Shown here in pieces: positions 19,138 to 30,267 of a DNA stretch of 64,000 nucleotides; within the stretch, counting starts at the first letter, position 1; each line of letters opens with the position of its first letter. Below the pieces are notes generated by a model that worked only from the letters and a program-made list of their open reading frames with translations, did no database searches and was not told the origin of the DNA. Both the position numbers and the translations under genes were made by a program. The stretch is from assembly GCA_963718525.1 (NCBI GenBank), contig OY970355.1:3072001-3136000 (forward strand), given 5' to 3'. This stretch comes from Candidatus Dormiibacterota bacterium (GTDB lineage: Bacteria > Chloroflexota > Dormibacteria > Aeolococcales > Aeolococcaceae).

Positions 19138-20069
19138 GCGCCCGGTCCCGGTGGGTTGTTCGGCTCGGCGGTCAAGCGCAGGAAGGTCTCCTCCAGGCTC
19201 GAGCTTCCGGCGCGAAGCTCGTGCAGCTCGACGTGTGCCTGCCACGCCGCGCGGCCGACAGCCTCCGGGGTCGCACCGACGACCGCAAGCGATCCATCTG
19301 CTCGCGGCGTGATCTTGACGTTGAGGGGCGCCACGGCCGCCTTGAGTTGATCGGGATTCGGCGTGCGCACCACGACGCCTGCGCTCGCACCTTCGAGGTC
19401 GGCCAGTCTCCCCTCATAGATGAGCCGGCCGCGCGCGATGATCACAACTCGGTCAACCGTCTGCTCGACCTCCGAGAGGACGTGGCTGGAGATCAGCACC
19501 GTCCGCCCATCGACGTCGGCAAAGTGCCGGAGCAGTCCCCGCAACCAGGCGATCCCCTCGGGATCGAGACCGTTGGCGGGTTCGTCGAGAAGCAGCACCC
19601 TGGGATTCCCCAGGAGCGCCGTGGCCAGACCAAGCCGCTGGCGCATACCGAGCGAGAAGCCGTGCACGGCGTACCTGGCGGCCTGGGTGAGCCCGACCAG
19701 CTCGAGCACTTCATCGGCGCGCCGGTCGGGCAGCCCGGCGGCCGCACAGAAGATGCGCAGGTGATTGCGGGCTGACCGGCCCGGATGAAAGCTCGTCGCC
19801 TCCAGCACGGCTCCGACCATCCGTCCCGGCGCCGAGAGGTGCGCGTAGGTGACGCCGCTGATCGTCCCCGTGCCGGAAGTCGGGGCGGCGAGGCCGAGAA
19901 TCATTCGAAGCGTCGTGGTCTTGCCGGCACCGTTCGGTCCGAGAAATCCCGTCACCGACCCCGGCTCCACGCTGAACGACAGATCGTCAACCGCCTTGAT
20001 CTGGCCGAAGACCTTGGTCAGGCCGGCGGCGATGATGCGACCCTCAACACGGGGGGCTTCGCTGCTCAC
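19134..20069 (-). CDS. ABC transporter ATP-binding protein (BcrA-like)
   Basis: GPNGAGKT, FSLGMRQRL, LLDEPANGLD, SSH. Confidence 0.95.
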   Translation of the reverse strand: MSSEAPRVEGRIIAAGLTKVFGQIKAVDDLSFSVEPGSVTGFLGPNGAGKTTTLRMILGLAAPTSGTGTISGVTYAHLSAPGRMVGAVLEATSFHPGRSARNHLRIFCAAAGLPDRRADEVLELVGLTQAARYAVHGFSLGMRQRLGLATALLGNPRVLLLDEPANGLDPEGIAWLRGLLRHFADVDGRTVLISSHVLSEVEQTVDRVVIIARGRLIYEGRLADLEGASAGVVVRTPNPDQLKAAVAPLNVKITPRADGSLAVVGATPEAVGRAAWQAHVELHELRAGSSSLEETFLRLTAEPNNPPGPGA

Positions 20070-20404
20070 GCCTTAACGCCAAGGTGTACGAGCGCCCATT
20101 CACCGAGCGCCATCAACGCGGGCCGGAGCGCCTCGCCGCTCGGAGTCAGCCGGTAGAGCGACGCGATCGGCGGGCCCTCGATCACCTCGCGGGTCACGAG
20201 GCCCGCTTCCTTCAGTTCGGTGAGCCGGGCGGACAGCATGCTCTCGGTGATCCCGGGGATCGCCCGGACGATCTCGGCGAAGCGGGAGGGGCGCTCGAGC
20301 AGCACGCCGATCACCAGCCCAGTCCAGCGCTTTCCGAGCACTGCGAACACCGAGGTCAGGGCTTCATCGCAGCGCGGCGCGGAAGTGGCACGACCCGGAT
20401 CCAT
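20066..20404 (-). CDS. HxlR family winged-helix regulator
   Basis: LGKRWT, MLSARLTEL, YRLTPSG. Confidence 0.92.
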   Translation of the reverse strand: MDPGRATSAPRCDEALTSVFAVLGKRWTGLVIGVLLERPSRFAEIVRAIPGITESMLSARLTELKEAGLVTREVIEGPPIASLYRLTPSGEALRPALMALGEWALVHLGVKA

Positions 20405-20642
20405 TTCGCGATGGTACCCACGTTGCTCGCTTCGGGTCCTCGCGCTGATGTGGCTCGGGAGCAGTGCACCGGCGTTTCACGACGTCGTCATGTGATTTGC
20501 CGGGCGGATGACCGTGCTGCTACCGATCTGGGCGGCGATGTCGCAGTCGCAAGGGTAAGTGCGCCTGCGTACAGACCAGTTGTTCGGCGTCGACCAACGT
20601 GAGATCGCGAGCCCCTCCCATCCCTTCTTAAGGTGACGCACA

Positions 20643-22610
20643 GTGTCGGTCCATCCTCCTCTCGCGCCGCGCAGGCAGGCAACTCATCACGTCGCCGCTC
20701 GCGGTCTGTCCAGCCGCGAGCGCGAGGTCACGGGACGAGGCGAGCAGCATCCCAGAACGCAGCCTCGCACCGTTTCGGACGATGTGCTCACCGCCGCGTT
20801 GGTGCTGTTCAACGAATCGGATGACCTCGACGCCACGCTCCGGAAAACGCTGAACATGATCACCACCGCTCTCGAGGGGCGCATCGGGGAGATCTGGTTG
20901 CGGGACGGAGCCGCACGAGACGTGGAACTGCGGTACTCGGCATCAGATGGCGCGGAGGATGTCGTTGCCTTTGAAGCACAGGGCAGGGCGATGGGACTGG
21001 GAGCCGGGCCGGCGCTGATCAGTCGAGTCGTCAAGACCGGGCGTGGGTCCGCGAGTACTCTGTTGATCTTGCCTGGAAGTGATGGTCGTGTCGCCGAGGC
21101 GGCCGCGGCCGATATCCACAGCGCCTTGACCTTCCCGATCCGAGGCAAGGACAGCCTCATCGGAGTCATCGCGATCTTCCGCGAGTCAGCGGCTCGTCTT
21201 CACGGCGGTGCACTCGCAGTGATGCCGGCGCTGTGCCATCACCTGGGACGGTTCATAGAACGCGTCCGCGCGGAGCGGGCGATCCATGAAGCCGCGATGG
21301 AACTTGCTGCGCTTGCCTCAACCGATGCGCTCACCGGCCTCAAGAATCGCCGCGAATTCGACCGTGCCCTGCGCACCATTCCGCGCCTGCCGTTTGCCGT
21401 GCTATCGCTTGACGTCGACGGCCTCAAGCACATCAATGATTCCGAGGGTCATGCCGCCGGCGACGCCTTGCTGCGCGTGGTCGGCCATACCCTCGGCTTG
21501 CTGGTGCGAGGGTGGGACGTGATGGCGCGGATCGGGGGCGATGAGTTCGCCGCACTCCTTCCGGAGGTCGGCGTCTTCGGTGCCCAGCTGGTGGCCGAGC
21601 GCATGCGGGTTGCGATGCATTCACTCGTGCTCGCCACTGGTCCAGTGCGGATCACGGTCGGCTGGAGTGCCGCGCCTGCTGGCGCCGACCCGCTGTCGGT
21701 GTGGCAGCGAGCCGACGAGTCCCTCTACCACGCCAAGCGCGCTGGTGGCGATGCGGTTGCCGGCTCGTCGTATGAGCGAGGTGAGGTCGCCGACATCGCC
21801 GGGCGTTCGTACTCCAACGTGGTCGCACAGATCCTCGACGGCGGACCCTTCTCGACCATGTTTCAACCGATCGTGAGTCTCGACGACGGCGCTGTGATGG
21901 GCTACGAAGCACTGGCGCGCCCCGAGGGTTTTGCGGCGATGGACTCCGTGGAGGCGGTCTTCGAGGCGGCTCGCCACGGCGGCCAGATTCGCGACCTCGA
22001 CTGGGTGTGCCGTCGCAGAGCGGTCGACGACGCACGGCAGCTTCCAGGGGACAGCACGCTGTTTCTCAACATCAGTGCCGCCGCCCTCCTTGATCCTGTT
22101 CATCGCGTCGACCAGCTCCTGCTCCTGCTGAACAGCGCCGGGCGGCGGCCGGACAGTGTCGTGCTCGAGATCACTGAACACGAACGGATCCGAGACTACG
22201 ACATCCTGGCCCAGGTCCTGAACGCCTACCGGACCGAGGGGATCCGCTTTGCTCTTGACGATGTCGGCGAGGGCCACTCGACGCTCGAGCTCCTCGCCGC
22301 ATCCGCCAGTGAATTCCTCAAGCTGGGAAGGAGCCTCACCATGACCTCCACGCGGGTGGGCTCGCGGGCGGCGATGGACGCGACCATGGCGTTCGCCCGC
22401 GTCAGCGGTGCGGTGGTTATTGCCGAGGGTGTCGAGAACGAGTTCGTCGCCGATCTGATGAAGGCGAGCGGCATCCGGCTCGGCCAGGGGTTCGGTCTGG
22501 GCAAGCCCACGATGGCCTCGGACATCGAGGATGTCGCCGCGGCACTGGCCGAACGCGCGGCCCTGAGTGCGCTGCGCCCCCGAACGGCCGCCACGAGCGC
22601 ACTCGACTGA
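20643..22610 (+). CDS. GAF-GGDEF-EAL protein, paralog of 8693-11473
   Basis: TGLKNRREFD, RGWD, GGDEF, YEALARPEGF. Confidence 0.92.
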   Translation: MSVHPPLAPRRQATHHVAARGLSSREREVTGRGEQHPRTQPRTVSDDVLTAALVLFNESDDLDATLRKTLNMITTALEGRIGEIWLRDGAARDVELRYSASDGAEDVVAFEAQGRAMGLGAGPALISRVVKTGRGSASTLLILPGSDGRVAEAAAADIHSALTFPIRGKDSLIGVIAIFRESAARLHGGALAVMPALCHHLGRFIERVRAERAIHEAAMELAALASTDALTGLKNRREFDRALRTIPRLPFAVLSLDVDGLKHINDSEGHAAGDALLRVVGHTLGLLVRGWDVMARIGGDEFAALLPEVGVFGAQLVAERMRVAMHSLVLATGPVRITVGWSAAPAGADPLSVWQRADESLYHAKRAGGDAVAGSSYERGEVADIAGRSYSNVVAQILDGGPFSTMFQPIVSLDDGAVMGYEALARPEGFAAMDSVEAVFEAARHGGQIRDLDWVCRRRAVDDARQLPGDSTLFLNISAAALLDPVHRVDQLLLLLNSAGRRPDSVVLEITEHERIRDYDILAQVLNAYRTEGIRFALDDVGEGHSTLELLAASASEFLKLGRSLTMTSTRVGSRAAMDATMAFARVSGAVVIAEGVENEFVADLMKASGIRLGQGFGLGKPTMASDIEDVAAALAERAALSALRPRTAATSALD

Positions 22611-22625
22611 GGGCGCCGGCCTGCG

Positions 22626-25600
22626 TCAGCCGGCATCCCTGGACGCACCGCTGTTGAGAGCGCCGGCCGGACCGGGCATAAGCTCGTCGCGGAGCGCCGC
22701 ACTCGCCAGAACGAACTCGGCGTCCACGCTGTCGATCATCCGGGCGTCCTCGCCTGCATCGCCTGCCCTCGCGCGGGCCTGCAGCTCGCCGCAACGAGCA
22801 GCGAGCGCGCCGGCGCCGAAGCTGCTTGCGCTTCCCTTGAGACTGTGGGCGAGCTTGACCATTGCCGTGGTATCACCGTTCGCCTGCGCGACGCGGAGGT
22901 TGTCGACGCGCGTCTGGCCGTCCCTGAGGAAGAGGCGCACCAGCTTGTCGAACTCTTCGGTCCCGAGCTCGCGCAGGCCGGTCACGTAGGTCTGATCGAG
23001 CAAACCCGGTAACGCATCACTCGTGAATGGGGTCTGGTCGCGATGGGTGTCAGGATCGGTCCACAGCGTGACCATGGCCGCGAGCTTGTCGGCCTTGACG
23101 GGCTTGCTCAGATACGCATCCATTCCGGCGGCAAGGCACTTGTCCTGGTCACCTGCCATCGCACCCGCGGTCATCGCGATGATGACGGTGTGGCGGTCCG
23201 AGGCCTCGCGCCTGCGTATCTCGCGCGTCGCCTCGAAGCCGTCCATCTCCGGCATCTGGCAGTCCATCAGGACCGCGTCGTACTTGACTCGACCCAGCGC
23301 CGCGAGCGCGCCGATACCGTTGTCGGCGATGTCCACGACGTGGCCCATCTTCTCGAGCATACGAACAGCGACGCGCTGGTTCACGGGGTTGTCGTCCACG
23401 ACGAGGAGCCGCGCACGCGATGCGGAGCTGACCTCGGTGAATGAGTATCGAATGCTGTCGGTGATGACTCGACCGGCCGCCTCGGGATCCGGCGGCGCCA
23501 GCAGCGTGGCCAGGCACTCGTAGAGATCCGTGATCCGTGCGGGCTTGGTCAGGAAGGCACGAACTCCCGCGTCCGCAGCCGCCTGCGTGTCCCCCGGACC
23601 GGAGGACGATGTCAGCAGGATGAGGCCGACGCCGTTGATCGCCGGATCGCGTCCGATACGCATGGCAAGCTCGATCCCGTCCATCTGCGGCATCTGGTAA
23701 TCAAGGATCGCCAGGCGATACGGATCGCCGGCCTCAACGGCGTGCCGGAGGCCCGCCAGTGCATCCGCACCGCTCTCGAAGCTCGCGGATCGCGCCCCCC
23801 ACACCCTGAGGTTCTGTTCGAGAATCACGCGATTCGTCTTGTTGTCGTCGACGACGAGGACGCGGATGTCCTGCAGTGCCGCTCGGGACGGCGCCGGCCG
23901 CTCCTGAGCCCGGGCTCCGGCTTCGAGCGTGAGGGTGAACCAGAAGGTGCTGCCTTTACCTGCCTCACTCACGACGCCGACCTCACCGCCCATCCGTTCG
24001 ACAAGCTTCTTGCAGATTGCCAACCCGAGACCGGTCCCACCGAATCGCCGGGTCGTCGACGCGTCCGCCTGGATGAAGCTCTCGAAGAGACGCCTCTGCT
24101 GGGCGGCATCGATGCCAATCCCGGTGTCGGTCACCTCGAACCGCAGATCGATGGCCTTACCGCGCTCCGCCTCCTTGCGCACCCGGAGGATCACCTCGCC
24201 CGTGTCGGTGAACTTCACCGCGTTGCCCAGCATATTGATGAGAATCTGCCGGATCCGGCCGGGATCGCCTCGAACCCGCATGGACATCTGCGGATCGACC
24301 ATCACAGCGAGCTCGAGATCCTTCGCGTCCGCTTTCGGGGCGATCAACTTTGCTGCCTCTTCCACAACCATGCGGAGGTCGAAGTCGATCACCTCGATGT
24401 CGATCTTGCCCGCCTCGATCTTGGAGAAATCGAGGATGTCGTTGATGACCGTGAGCAGCGACTCCGCCGACTGGCTGATCGCCTCAGCATATTCACGCTG
24501 TTCGGCGTTCATCGTGGTCGTGAACAGCAGGCCGGTCATCCCGATCACGCCGTTCATCGGCGTGCGGATCTCGTGGCTCATGTTCGCGAGAAACTCGGAC
24601 TTCAGGCGCGACGCCTCCATCGCCTGCGCGTGAGCGACCGCGAGATCATCCTCGGTCCGCTTGCGCTCTGTGATGTCATTGAACGTGATCACCGCGCCGG
24701 TCGCCTCTCCCGTTACCGCGGCCTCGTCGACGATCGGGAAAGCGGAGTACTCGGCTGGGAACGAATTTCCGTCGCTCCGCCACATGACCTCCGTTGCGAC
24801 GCGGCAGCTCCCGCCGCCATGCATCGCCTTGTAGATGGGGCTGTCGGTGAACGCGATCGCCGACCCATCCGCTCGGTTGTGGTGAAAGAGCGGATGCGTG
24901 AGCTCTCCCATCACTTTGGAGATGTCAACGCCGAGCGCTCCCGATGCGGCGGTATTCATGAAGGTACAACGACCGTCGGCATCGATCCCATAGATTCCCT
25001 CGCCCGCCAACTCGAGCAGCATGCGGAGGCTGTTGGAGAGGCGCGTCCGCTCCACGTCGGCCGCGAGGTTGTCGCTCCGCAACTGGTCGGAGAGGCTGCT
25101 GAGCCCGACCGCGCCGGCGAGCGGGGGTACGAGAATGCGCGCCCGGTCGGACTCGACGCGAGTGAAGTGCGTCTCTCCCGAGCTGCGCAGCACCATGACG
25201 GCGCCGATACTCTCCCCGCCACTCACCATCGGGATTGCCATGACCGGTCCCGCCCCGGTCAGATCGCGGTACGCGATCGTATCCTTACCCCAGGATTCCG
25301 AGTGCAGGTCACCGATGAAGATCTGGCCGGTATGCACCGCCCGGCGGCTTGGTGAGTCTCCCGCGACGACGGACTCCTCGACGGCCGGGTGTCCATCCAC
25401 GATGCGCAACCCGCTCGGGTCGAGCAGGCTGATGACGATCCGTTCGGCGCCGAGCAACTTTGCCACATGCGCGAGAAGCCCCTTGTCGAGGACCTCGGAC
25501 TGTTCGACGCGCCCACTCAGGCGGTCGACCGTCACGCGCTGCCATGCGGCAAGGAACTGCGCGAGCTCGTCGACCTCGTCTCGGAGTGTGATCCCAGCAG

Positions 25601-25736
25601 AGGCCGACGTGGTCGCGACCATCGTCGACGTCCGAACGACCCGGAATCTGCGGCTGATCAGACCGATGGCTCCGACCAACAGCACCCCGCACACCACCGT
25701 GGCGAGGACCGAGACGAGAACTGCGACGAGAATCAC
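22626..25736 (-). CDS. Hybrid histidine kinase TM-GAF-PAS-HisKA-HATPase-REC-REC-HPt
   Basis: FLANMSHEIRTP, GGTGLGL, two REC domains, AHSLKGSA; GTG start after GGAGGT. Confidence 0.95.
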   Translation of the reverse strand: MILVAVLVSVLATVVCGVLLVGAIGLISRRFRVVRTSTMVATTSASAGITLRDEVDELAQFLAAWQRVTVDRLSGRVEQSEVLDKGLLAHVAKLLGAERIVISLLDPSGLRIVDGHPAVEESVVAGDSPSRRAVHTGQIFIGDLHSESWGKDTIAYRDLTGAGPVMAIPMVSGGESIGAVMVLRSSGETHFTRVESDRARILVPPLAGAVGLSSLSDQLRSDNLAADVERTRLSNSLRMLLELAGEGIYGIDADGRCTFMNTAASGALGVDISKVMGELTHPLFHHNRADGSAIAFTDSPIYKAMHGGGSCRVATEVMWRSDGNSFPAEYSAFPIVDEAAVTGEATGAVITFNDITERKRTEDDLAVAHAQAMEASRLKSEFLANMSHEIRTPMNGVIGMTGLLFTTTMNAEQREYAEAISQSAESLLTVINDILDFSKIEAGKIDIEVIDFDLRMVVEEAAKLIAPKADAKDLELAVMVDPQMSMRVRGDPGRIRQILINMLGNAVKFTDTGEVILRVRKEAERGKAIDLRFEVTDTGIGIDAAQQRRLFESFIQADASTTRRFGGTGLGLAICKKLVERMGGEVGVVSEAGKGSTFWFTLTLEAGARAQERPAPSRAALQDIRVLVVDDNKTNRVILEQNLRVWGARSASFESGADALAGLRHAVEAGDPYRLAILDYQMPQMDGIELAMRIGRDPAINGVGLILLTSSSGPGDTQAAADAGVRAFLTKPARITDLYECLATLLAPPDPEAAGRVITDSIRYSFTEVSSASRARLLVVDDNPVNQRVAVRMLEKMGHVVDIADNGIGALAALGRVKYDAVLMDCQMPEMDGFEATREIRRREASDRHTVIIAMTAGAMAGDQDKCLAAGMDAYLSKPVKADKLAAMVTLWTDPDTHRDQTPFTSDALPGLLDQTYVTGLRELGTEEFDKLVRLFLRDGQTRVDNLRVAQANGDTTAMVKLAHSLKGSASSFGAGALAARCGELQARARAGDAGEDARMIDSVDAEFVLASAALRDELMPGPAGALNSGASRDAG

Positions 25737-25779
25737 TGTGAGACCTCCACGATCACGACGGATGTTGTTGGCGATGCAA

Positions 25780-27520
25780 TCAACGGGCTGACAGGGCGAA
25801 CAACTCACCCCGTCTCCGAATCGCGGCGGTGACCCGGCTCACCAGGTCACGCGGGCTGAAGGGCTTGACCATGTAGTCGTCGGCTTCCAGTGAAAAGGCC
25901 ATGACCTTTTCGCTGGGACCTGCGTCGCCGGTGAGAATCACGATCGTGGTCCGCTGGTTGGCCGGGTCATCCCGAAGGATCCTGCACACGTCGAAGCCGC
26001 TGATCCCAGGCAGATTCACGTCGAGGACAACGCAGTCCGGCTTGAAGTGACGCGCCATCGTGACCGCGTCCTCGCCGCTTGCAGCCTCTCTGACCTCGAA
26101 TCCGACTGCAGCCAGAACTCGACCGCGCCAGCTGGCGGACGTCATCGGCATCATCGACGACCAGGACCTTTCCGATGTGCGCACTCTCCGAGTGCTTTCG
26201 TCCTTGCTGCGCGGTTCCTCCGACGTACGCCCGCAACTCGGCGCTGAGCCGCTCATCGATGGCGGCCGCCGATGCGGGTCGTGCAAAGAAGAATCCCTGC
26301 GCCTCGTCGCACCCCAGTGTCCGGAGCCTGACAACCTGATCGGCGGTCTCGACACCCTCGGCAACCACCCGGAGATCGAGGGCGTGCGCCATGCCCATAA
26401 CGGCCGCGACGATGGCCGTGGCTTCGAAGTCGCGTCCGAGGCCGTCGACGAACGACTTGTCGATCTTGAGCTCGTCGAGGGGAAACCTTTTGAGGTACGC
26501 GAGCGATGAGAACCCGGTGCCGAAGTCGTCGACTGAGATGCTCAGCCCGAGTGATTTGAGCTCGCGGAGCGTGGCGACCGCGAGCTCAGCGTCCTGCATG
26601 ACCATGCTCTCGGTGACCTCGAGGCATACCGTTGCGGGGTCGATCCCTGATCGCCCGATGATGCCGCCGAACGTCTCGGCGAGACCTGATTCGAACTGGC
26701 GTGGCGAGACGTTCACCGCGACCTGCAGGGGCTGGCCGCCGGGAAGCGCGGTGCGCCAGCGAATGGCTTCGCGGCACACCTGCTCGAGCACCCAGGCGCC
26801 GATTTGGACGATGATTCCCGACTCCTCCGCGAGCGGTATGAAATCGAGTGGTCCGATCAGTCCACGCTCTGGATGCAGCCAGCGCAGGAGCGCCTCGACG
26901 CCGACAGTCCGGTCGGTGACGAGCGAGACCTTGGGCTGATAGTCAACGTAGAACTCCCCATTGATCAGCGCACTACGAAGCGATGCCTCATTCGCGATTC
27001 CGACCAGCCGCAGTGACGGCATCGTCCCGGTGAACAGCGGGTGATGTCCTGCACCACGTTGCGCATGGAAGGCGTGTTGGTCTTCCGGATGCCGGCGATC
27101 GCTGATGTCGTGCCAGACGGTGATCGCGCCGAGCAGCTCACCCGCGGCGTCGAAGAGCGGTTCGCTGTCGACGATCATCGTCCGCCGCTCTCCGGACGGG
27201 GCGACGAAGATCATCTCCGTGTCGCGCGCGATTTCCCCTCTCAGCGCCCTGCTCACCGGCCCGGCACCGTCGCCAATCGGCCGGCCGTCGATGTCGAGCA
27301 TCGACCCGTAGGCCGACCAGTGCTCGGGGAGGCTCGCATCCGCATCAACGCCGGCGAACGTCTCCATCGCGCGGTTGGCCAGGGTGACCCGGCCACGGGG
27401 ATCACAGACGGCGACGAGGTCATGCATGTTGCCGAACACCGCCCGCGCGAATTTCGTGTCCGGAAGGGCCGGATCGGCGATAGGCCCCGGCGTCTTGAGC
27501 CGGCGGGGCTCACCTCGCAT
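25780..27520 (-). CDS. PAS-EAL-REC phosphodiesterase with an apparent frameshift near 26117
   Basis: VEALLRW, DDFGTGFSSL, KIDKSF; REC begins in ORF 25967-27520 (VLVVDD) and continues in ORF 25780-26364 (VLDVNLP, VKPF). Confidence 0.85.
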
Positions 27521-27877
27521 CGTTGCACCTCCGAACGGTCGCGTCGCAACGGCATCGCACGCCCAAGCTCAGAGCATATGGGGGTCGCCTGAGACCGCAC
27601 GGCTTGTAACCGAATGCACACACCTGACGAGCGATGTCGCAGCAATCAGCGCGAGCTGGGGCGACCAACCCGCGTGCGGCAGGTGAACGCGATGAGGTTG
27701 TGCAGCCGATCCCTCACCGCGAGCACCGCCACATGTATTCATTCCACTTCCGACAACGCAAAGTTGCTCTTCTGGAAGCTCGACGGTCTGTTCGATGGCG
27801 TACATAGCCGGGCGCTGTTCCACACTGTCACAACTACGCGGTGGGCGCACGTTCGCGCCGCGGCTAGGCTCGATCAC

Positions 27878-29422
27878 ATGATCAGCCCGCCGACGTACAG
27901 CCTGCGGGACCTTCGCCAGTCACTCGGAGCGTACCAGAACGCGTCTGCGATCACGAGCGTCCTTCAGCTGGCGATCGACGCGCTCAACCTTGAGGTCGTC
28001 ACACTCATGCGTCACGGCGAGGCGGTCATCTCGCTGCATGCTTCACCGCGGTCCGCCACCGTGGCAGCGCATCAGCAGCACCTGCAGACGAGCGACGCGG
28101 CATCCACGCCATTGGTCGGACCGTGCATCGTGCTTCCGGCGGGCGGTCTGCGCTCGCGCAGGGAGAGCACGCTGCGCTTCGAGCGAGCCGCGGGATCGCC
28201 GTTCAGCGTCCACGACCGGGCGATCGCAGAGGTGATCGCGTCCGCGGTCGTCTATACCGAGGCGGGCATCGGCCTGCTGATGCGTGATGGTGGATGGGCT
28301 CGTGCCGAACGCGATGACGAGGAAAGCGGACGGTTGCGGAAGATGCTCCGCGACCGCGACGCATTGCTCGATCAGCTTTCCGCCATTCAGCGCGCGCTGT
28401 CCCAGCGGGCGCCTCTCCAGCACATCCTTGACACCATCGTTGCGGCTGCGGTCGAGCTCATCGGCGATGAGACCGTGAACCTGCGCCTCCGCGATCCCGG
28501 CGATCCGGCTCTTCTCCTCAGGGTCGCCGGGTGCGGGTACTCCGCGGAGGTGGAGCCGTTGATGATGCGGATCCGAACCGATGAGGGCGCGGTCGGGCGG
28601 GCGTTCACCGAAGGCAGGCTCGTGGTCATCGAGGACTATCAGAACGACGAGAACCGGCTCCCAGTGCTCGCCGGCGAGGGCCTCGAGGCGGCGATGTCCG
28701 CACCGGTCGAGGAGAACGGCCGCGTGATCGGTGCGCTCACCGTCGCCACCCACCGCCACGGCCGCACCTACAGTCTCACCGAGCAGCAGATGCTGATCAC
28801 GTTCGCGGTGCACGCGAGCGTCGCGCTCACCAATGCGCGCATCGCCAACTCGATGGCACACCTCGCCTTTCACGATGCACTGACCGGTCTCCCCAACCGC
28901 GCCCTCTTCGTGGATCGCCTCGGACAGACGCTGGCTCGCGGCGGTCGCAAGATCCGGATGACAGCCGTGCTGTTCGCCGACCTCGACAACTTCAAGGCGG
29001 TCAACGACAGCCTCGGTCATGCGGGTGGCGACGAACTGCTCGTCGTTATCGCTCGGCGGCTCCGGGAATCGCTCCGCCCTTCCGACAGCGCGGCTCGCTT
29101 CGGCGGTGACGAATTTGCCATCCTGCTCGAGGACATCGGCACCGAGCGACGGGCCATCAGTGCATGCGAGCGCATCATCGCGTCGCTGGTTGCGCCGGTG
29201 ACGATTCAGGGACGAACGATCGACCCTCGAGCGAGCTTTGGTGTCGCATTGAGCCACGACACCACCCGTGACGCGGACGGCCTTCTGCGCGACGCGGATG
29301 TTGCGATGTATGCGGCCAAGGCCGCAGGCAAAGGCACCTACAAGCTCTACGCGCCCGCGATGCACGCTCAGGCCGGCATCCGGCTGCAGTTCCATGCCGA
29401 CCTCATGCAGGCGCTCGACTGA
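27878..29422 (+). CDS. GAF-GGDEF diguanylate cyclase
   Basis: HDALTGLPNR, RPSD, GGDEF, ADVAMYAAK; TAGGCT 7 nt before the ATG. Confidence 0.9.
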   Translation: MISPPTYSLRDLRQSLGAYQNASAITSVLQLAIDALNLEVVTLMRHGEAVISLHASPRSATVAAHQQHLQTSDAASTPLVGPCIVLPAGGLRSRRESTLRFERAAGSPFSVHDRAIAEVIASAVVYTEAGIGLLMRDGGWARAERDDEESGRLRKMLRDRDALLDQLSAIQRALSQRAPLQHILDTIVAAAVELIGDETVNLRLRDPGDPALLLRVAGCGYSAEVEPLMMRIRTDEGAVGRAFTEGRLVVIEDYQNDENRLPVLAGEGLEAAMSAPVEENGRVIGALTVATHRHGRTYSLTEQQMLITFAVHASVALTNARIANSMAHLAFHDALTGLPNRALFVDRLGQTLARGGRKIRMTAVLFADLDNFKAVNDSLGHAGGDELLVVIARRLRESLRPSDSAARFGGDEFAILLEDIGTERRAISACERIIASLVAPVTIQGRTIDPRASFGVALSHDTTRDADGLLRDADVAMYAAKAAGKGTYKLYAPAMHAQAGIRLQFHADLMQALD

Positions 29423-29436
29423 GCCTGCATAGCCGC

Positions 29437-30267
29437 TCAGCCTGCGGTGATCAGGACCACGGCGACAACCGCCACGCCCACACCCGCGACCTGGGGCGAA
29501 CGCAGGCGCTCACCGAGCACCAGCATCGAACACAGCACTGTCGACACCGGGTACAGGGATACGAGCACCGCAACGATGCTCAGCAGCCCACCGTGCACCG
29601 CGAGGAGGTACAGCGCATTCGCAGTCACGTCGAGCACGCCCGCGCCGACGATCACCAATGGGTTCGCAGCGCCGAACGTCGGCGCCCGGCGAGCAGCGCC
29701 GGAGACCACGGCGAGCGCCGCCACCGAGGCGCCTCGCGCCGCGACCAGCGGCCAGAGATTGGCCGTCATAGACGTCTTCGCGATGGCGACATAGAACAGG
29801 CCGAAACCGAGTCCCGCGCCAAGCGCCAGCAGGAGCGTTCCGCGACCGAGGCGCGCGGTCCTGCTGCCGCCGCCGCTGAGCAGGACCACCGCGGCGACCG
29901 CGGCAGCGATGCCGCCGTACTGGAGCGCGGCCGGGCGCTCTCCGCCACCGACGCCGACCGCGATCGGCACCACGACCGCGACCACACCGGTGATCGGAGC
30001 GACCAGCGACATTGCGCCCGATGCGAGTCCGCGGTACAGCATCGCCACGCCGGCAGCGCCGGCCAGGCCCGCCAGCCCACCGTCGGCGAGGTCCGCTCCG
30101 CTCGGGTTGCCCCCCAGCACAACGGCGGCGACGATCATGCCCAGCAAACCGACACCCTGGGAGATGAGCAGCACCGAGAGCAGCGGCGCGGCGCGATTCG
30201 CCAGGCCCCCCAGAAAGTCGCCGCTCCCCCACAGCGCCGCCGCGGCGAGGGCCAGTCCGATGCTCAG
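29437..30267 (-). CDS. EamA/DMT family transporter
   Basis: [18 protein letters not shown]; about 10 TM segments; probable CTG start overlapping the upstream TGA. Confidence 0.88.
   Translation of the reverse strand: MSIGLALAAAALWGSGDFLGGLANRAAPLLSVLLISQGVGLLGMIVAAVVLGGNPSGADLADGGLAGLAGAAGVAMLYRGLASGAMSLVAPITGVVAVVVPIAVGVGGGERPAALQYGGIAAAVAAVVLLSGGGSRTARLGRGTLLLALGAGLGFGLFYVAIAKTSMTANLWPLVAARGASVAALAVVSGAARRAPTFGAANPLVIVGAGVLDVTANALYLLAVHGGLLSIVAVLVSLYPVSTVLCSMLVLGERLRSPQVAGVGVAVVAVVLITAG

Noticed and set aside
20605-20630. CCCCTCCCATCCC resembling the sRNA seed
   Set aside because: No matching promoter geometry or terminator hairpin; probably part of a 5' leader
27569-27877. 102-aa minus-strand ORF in the PDE/DGC intergenic region
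   Set aside because: No recognisable motif or start signal
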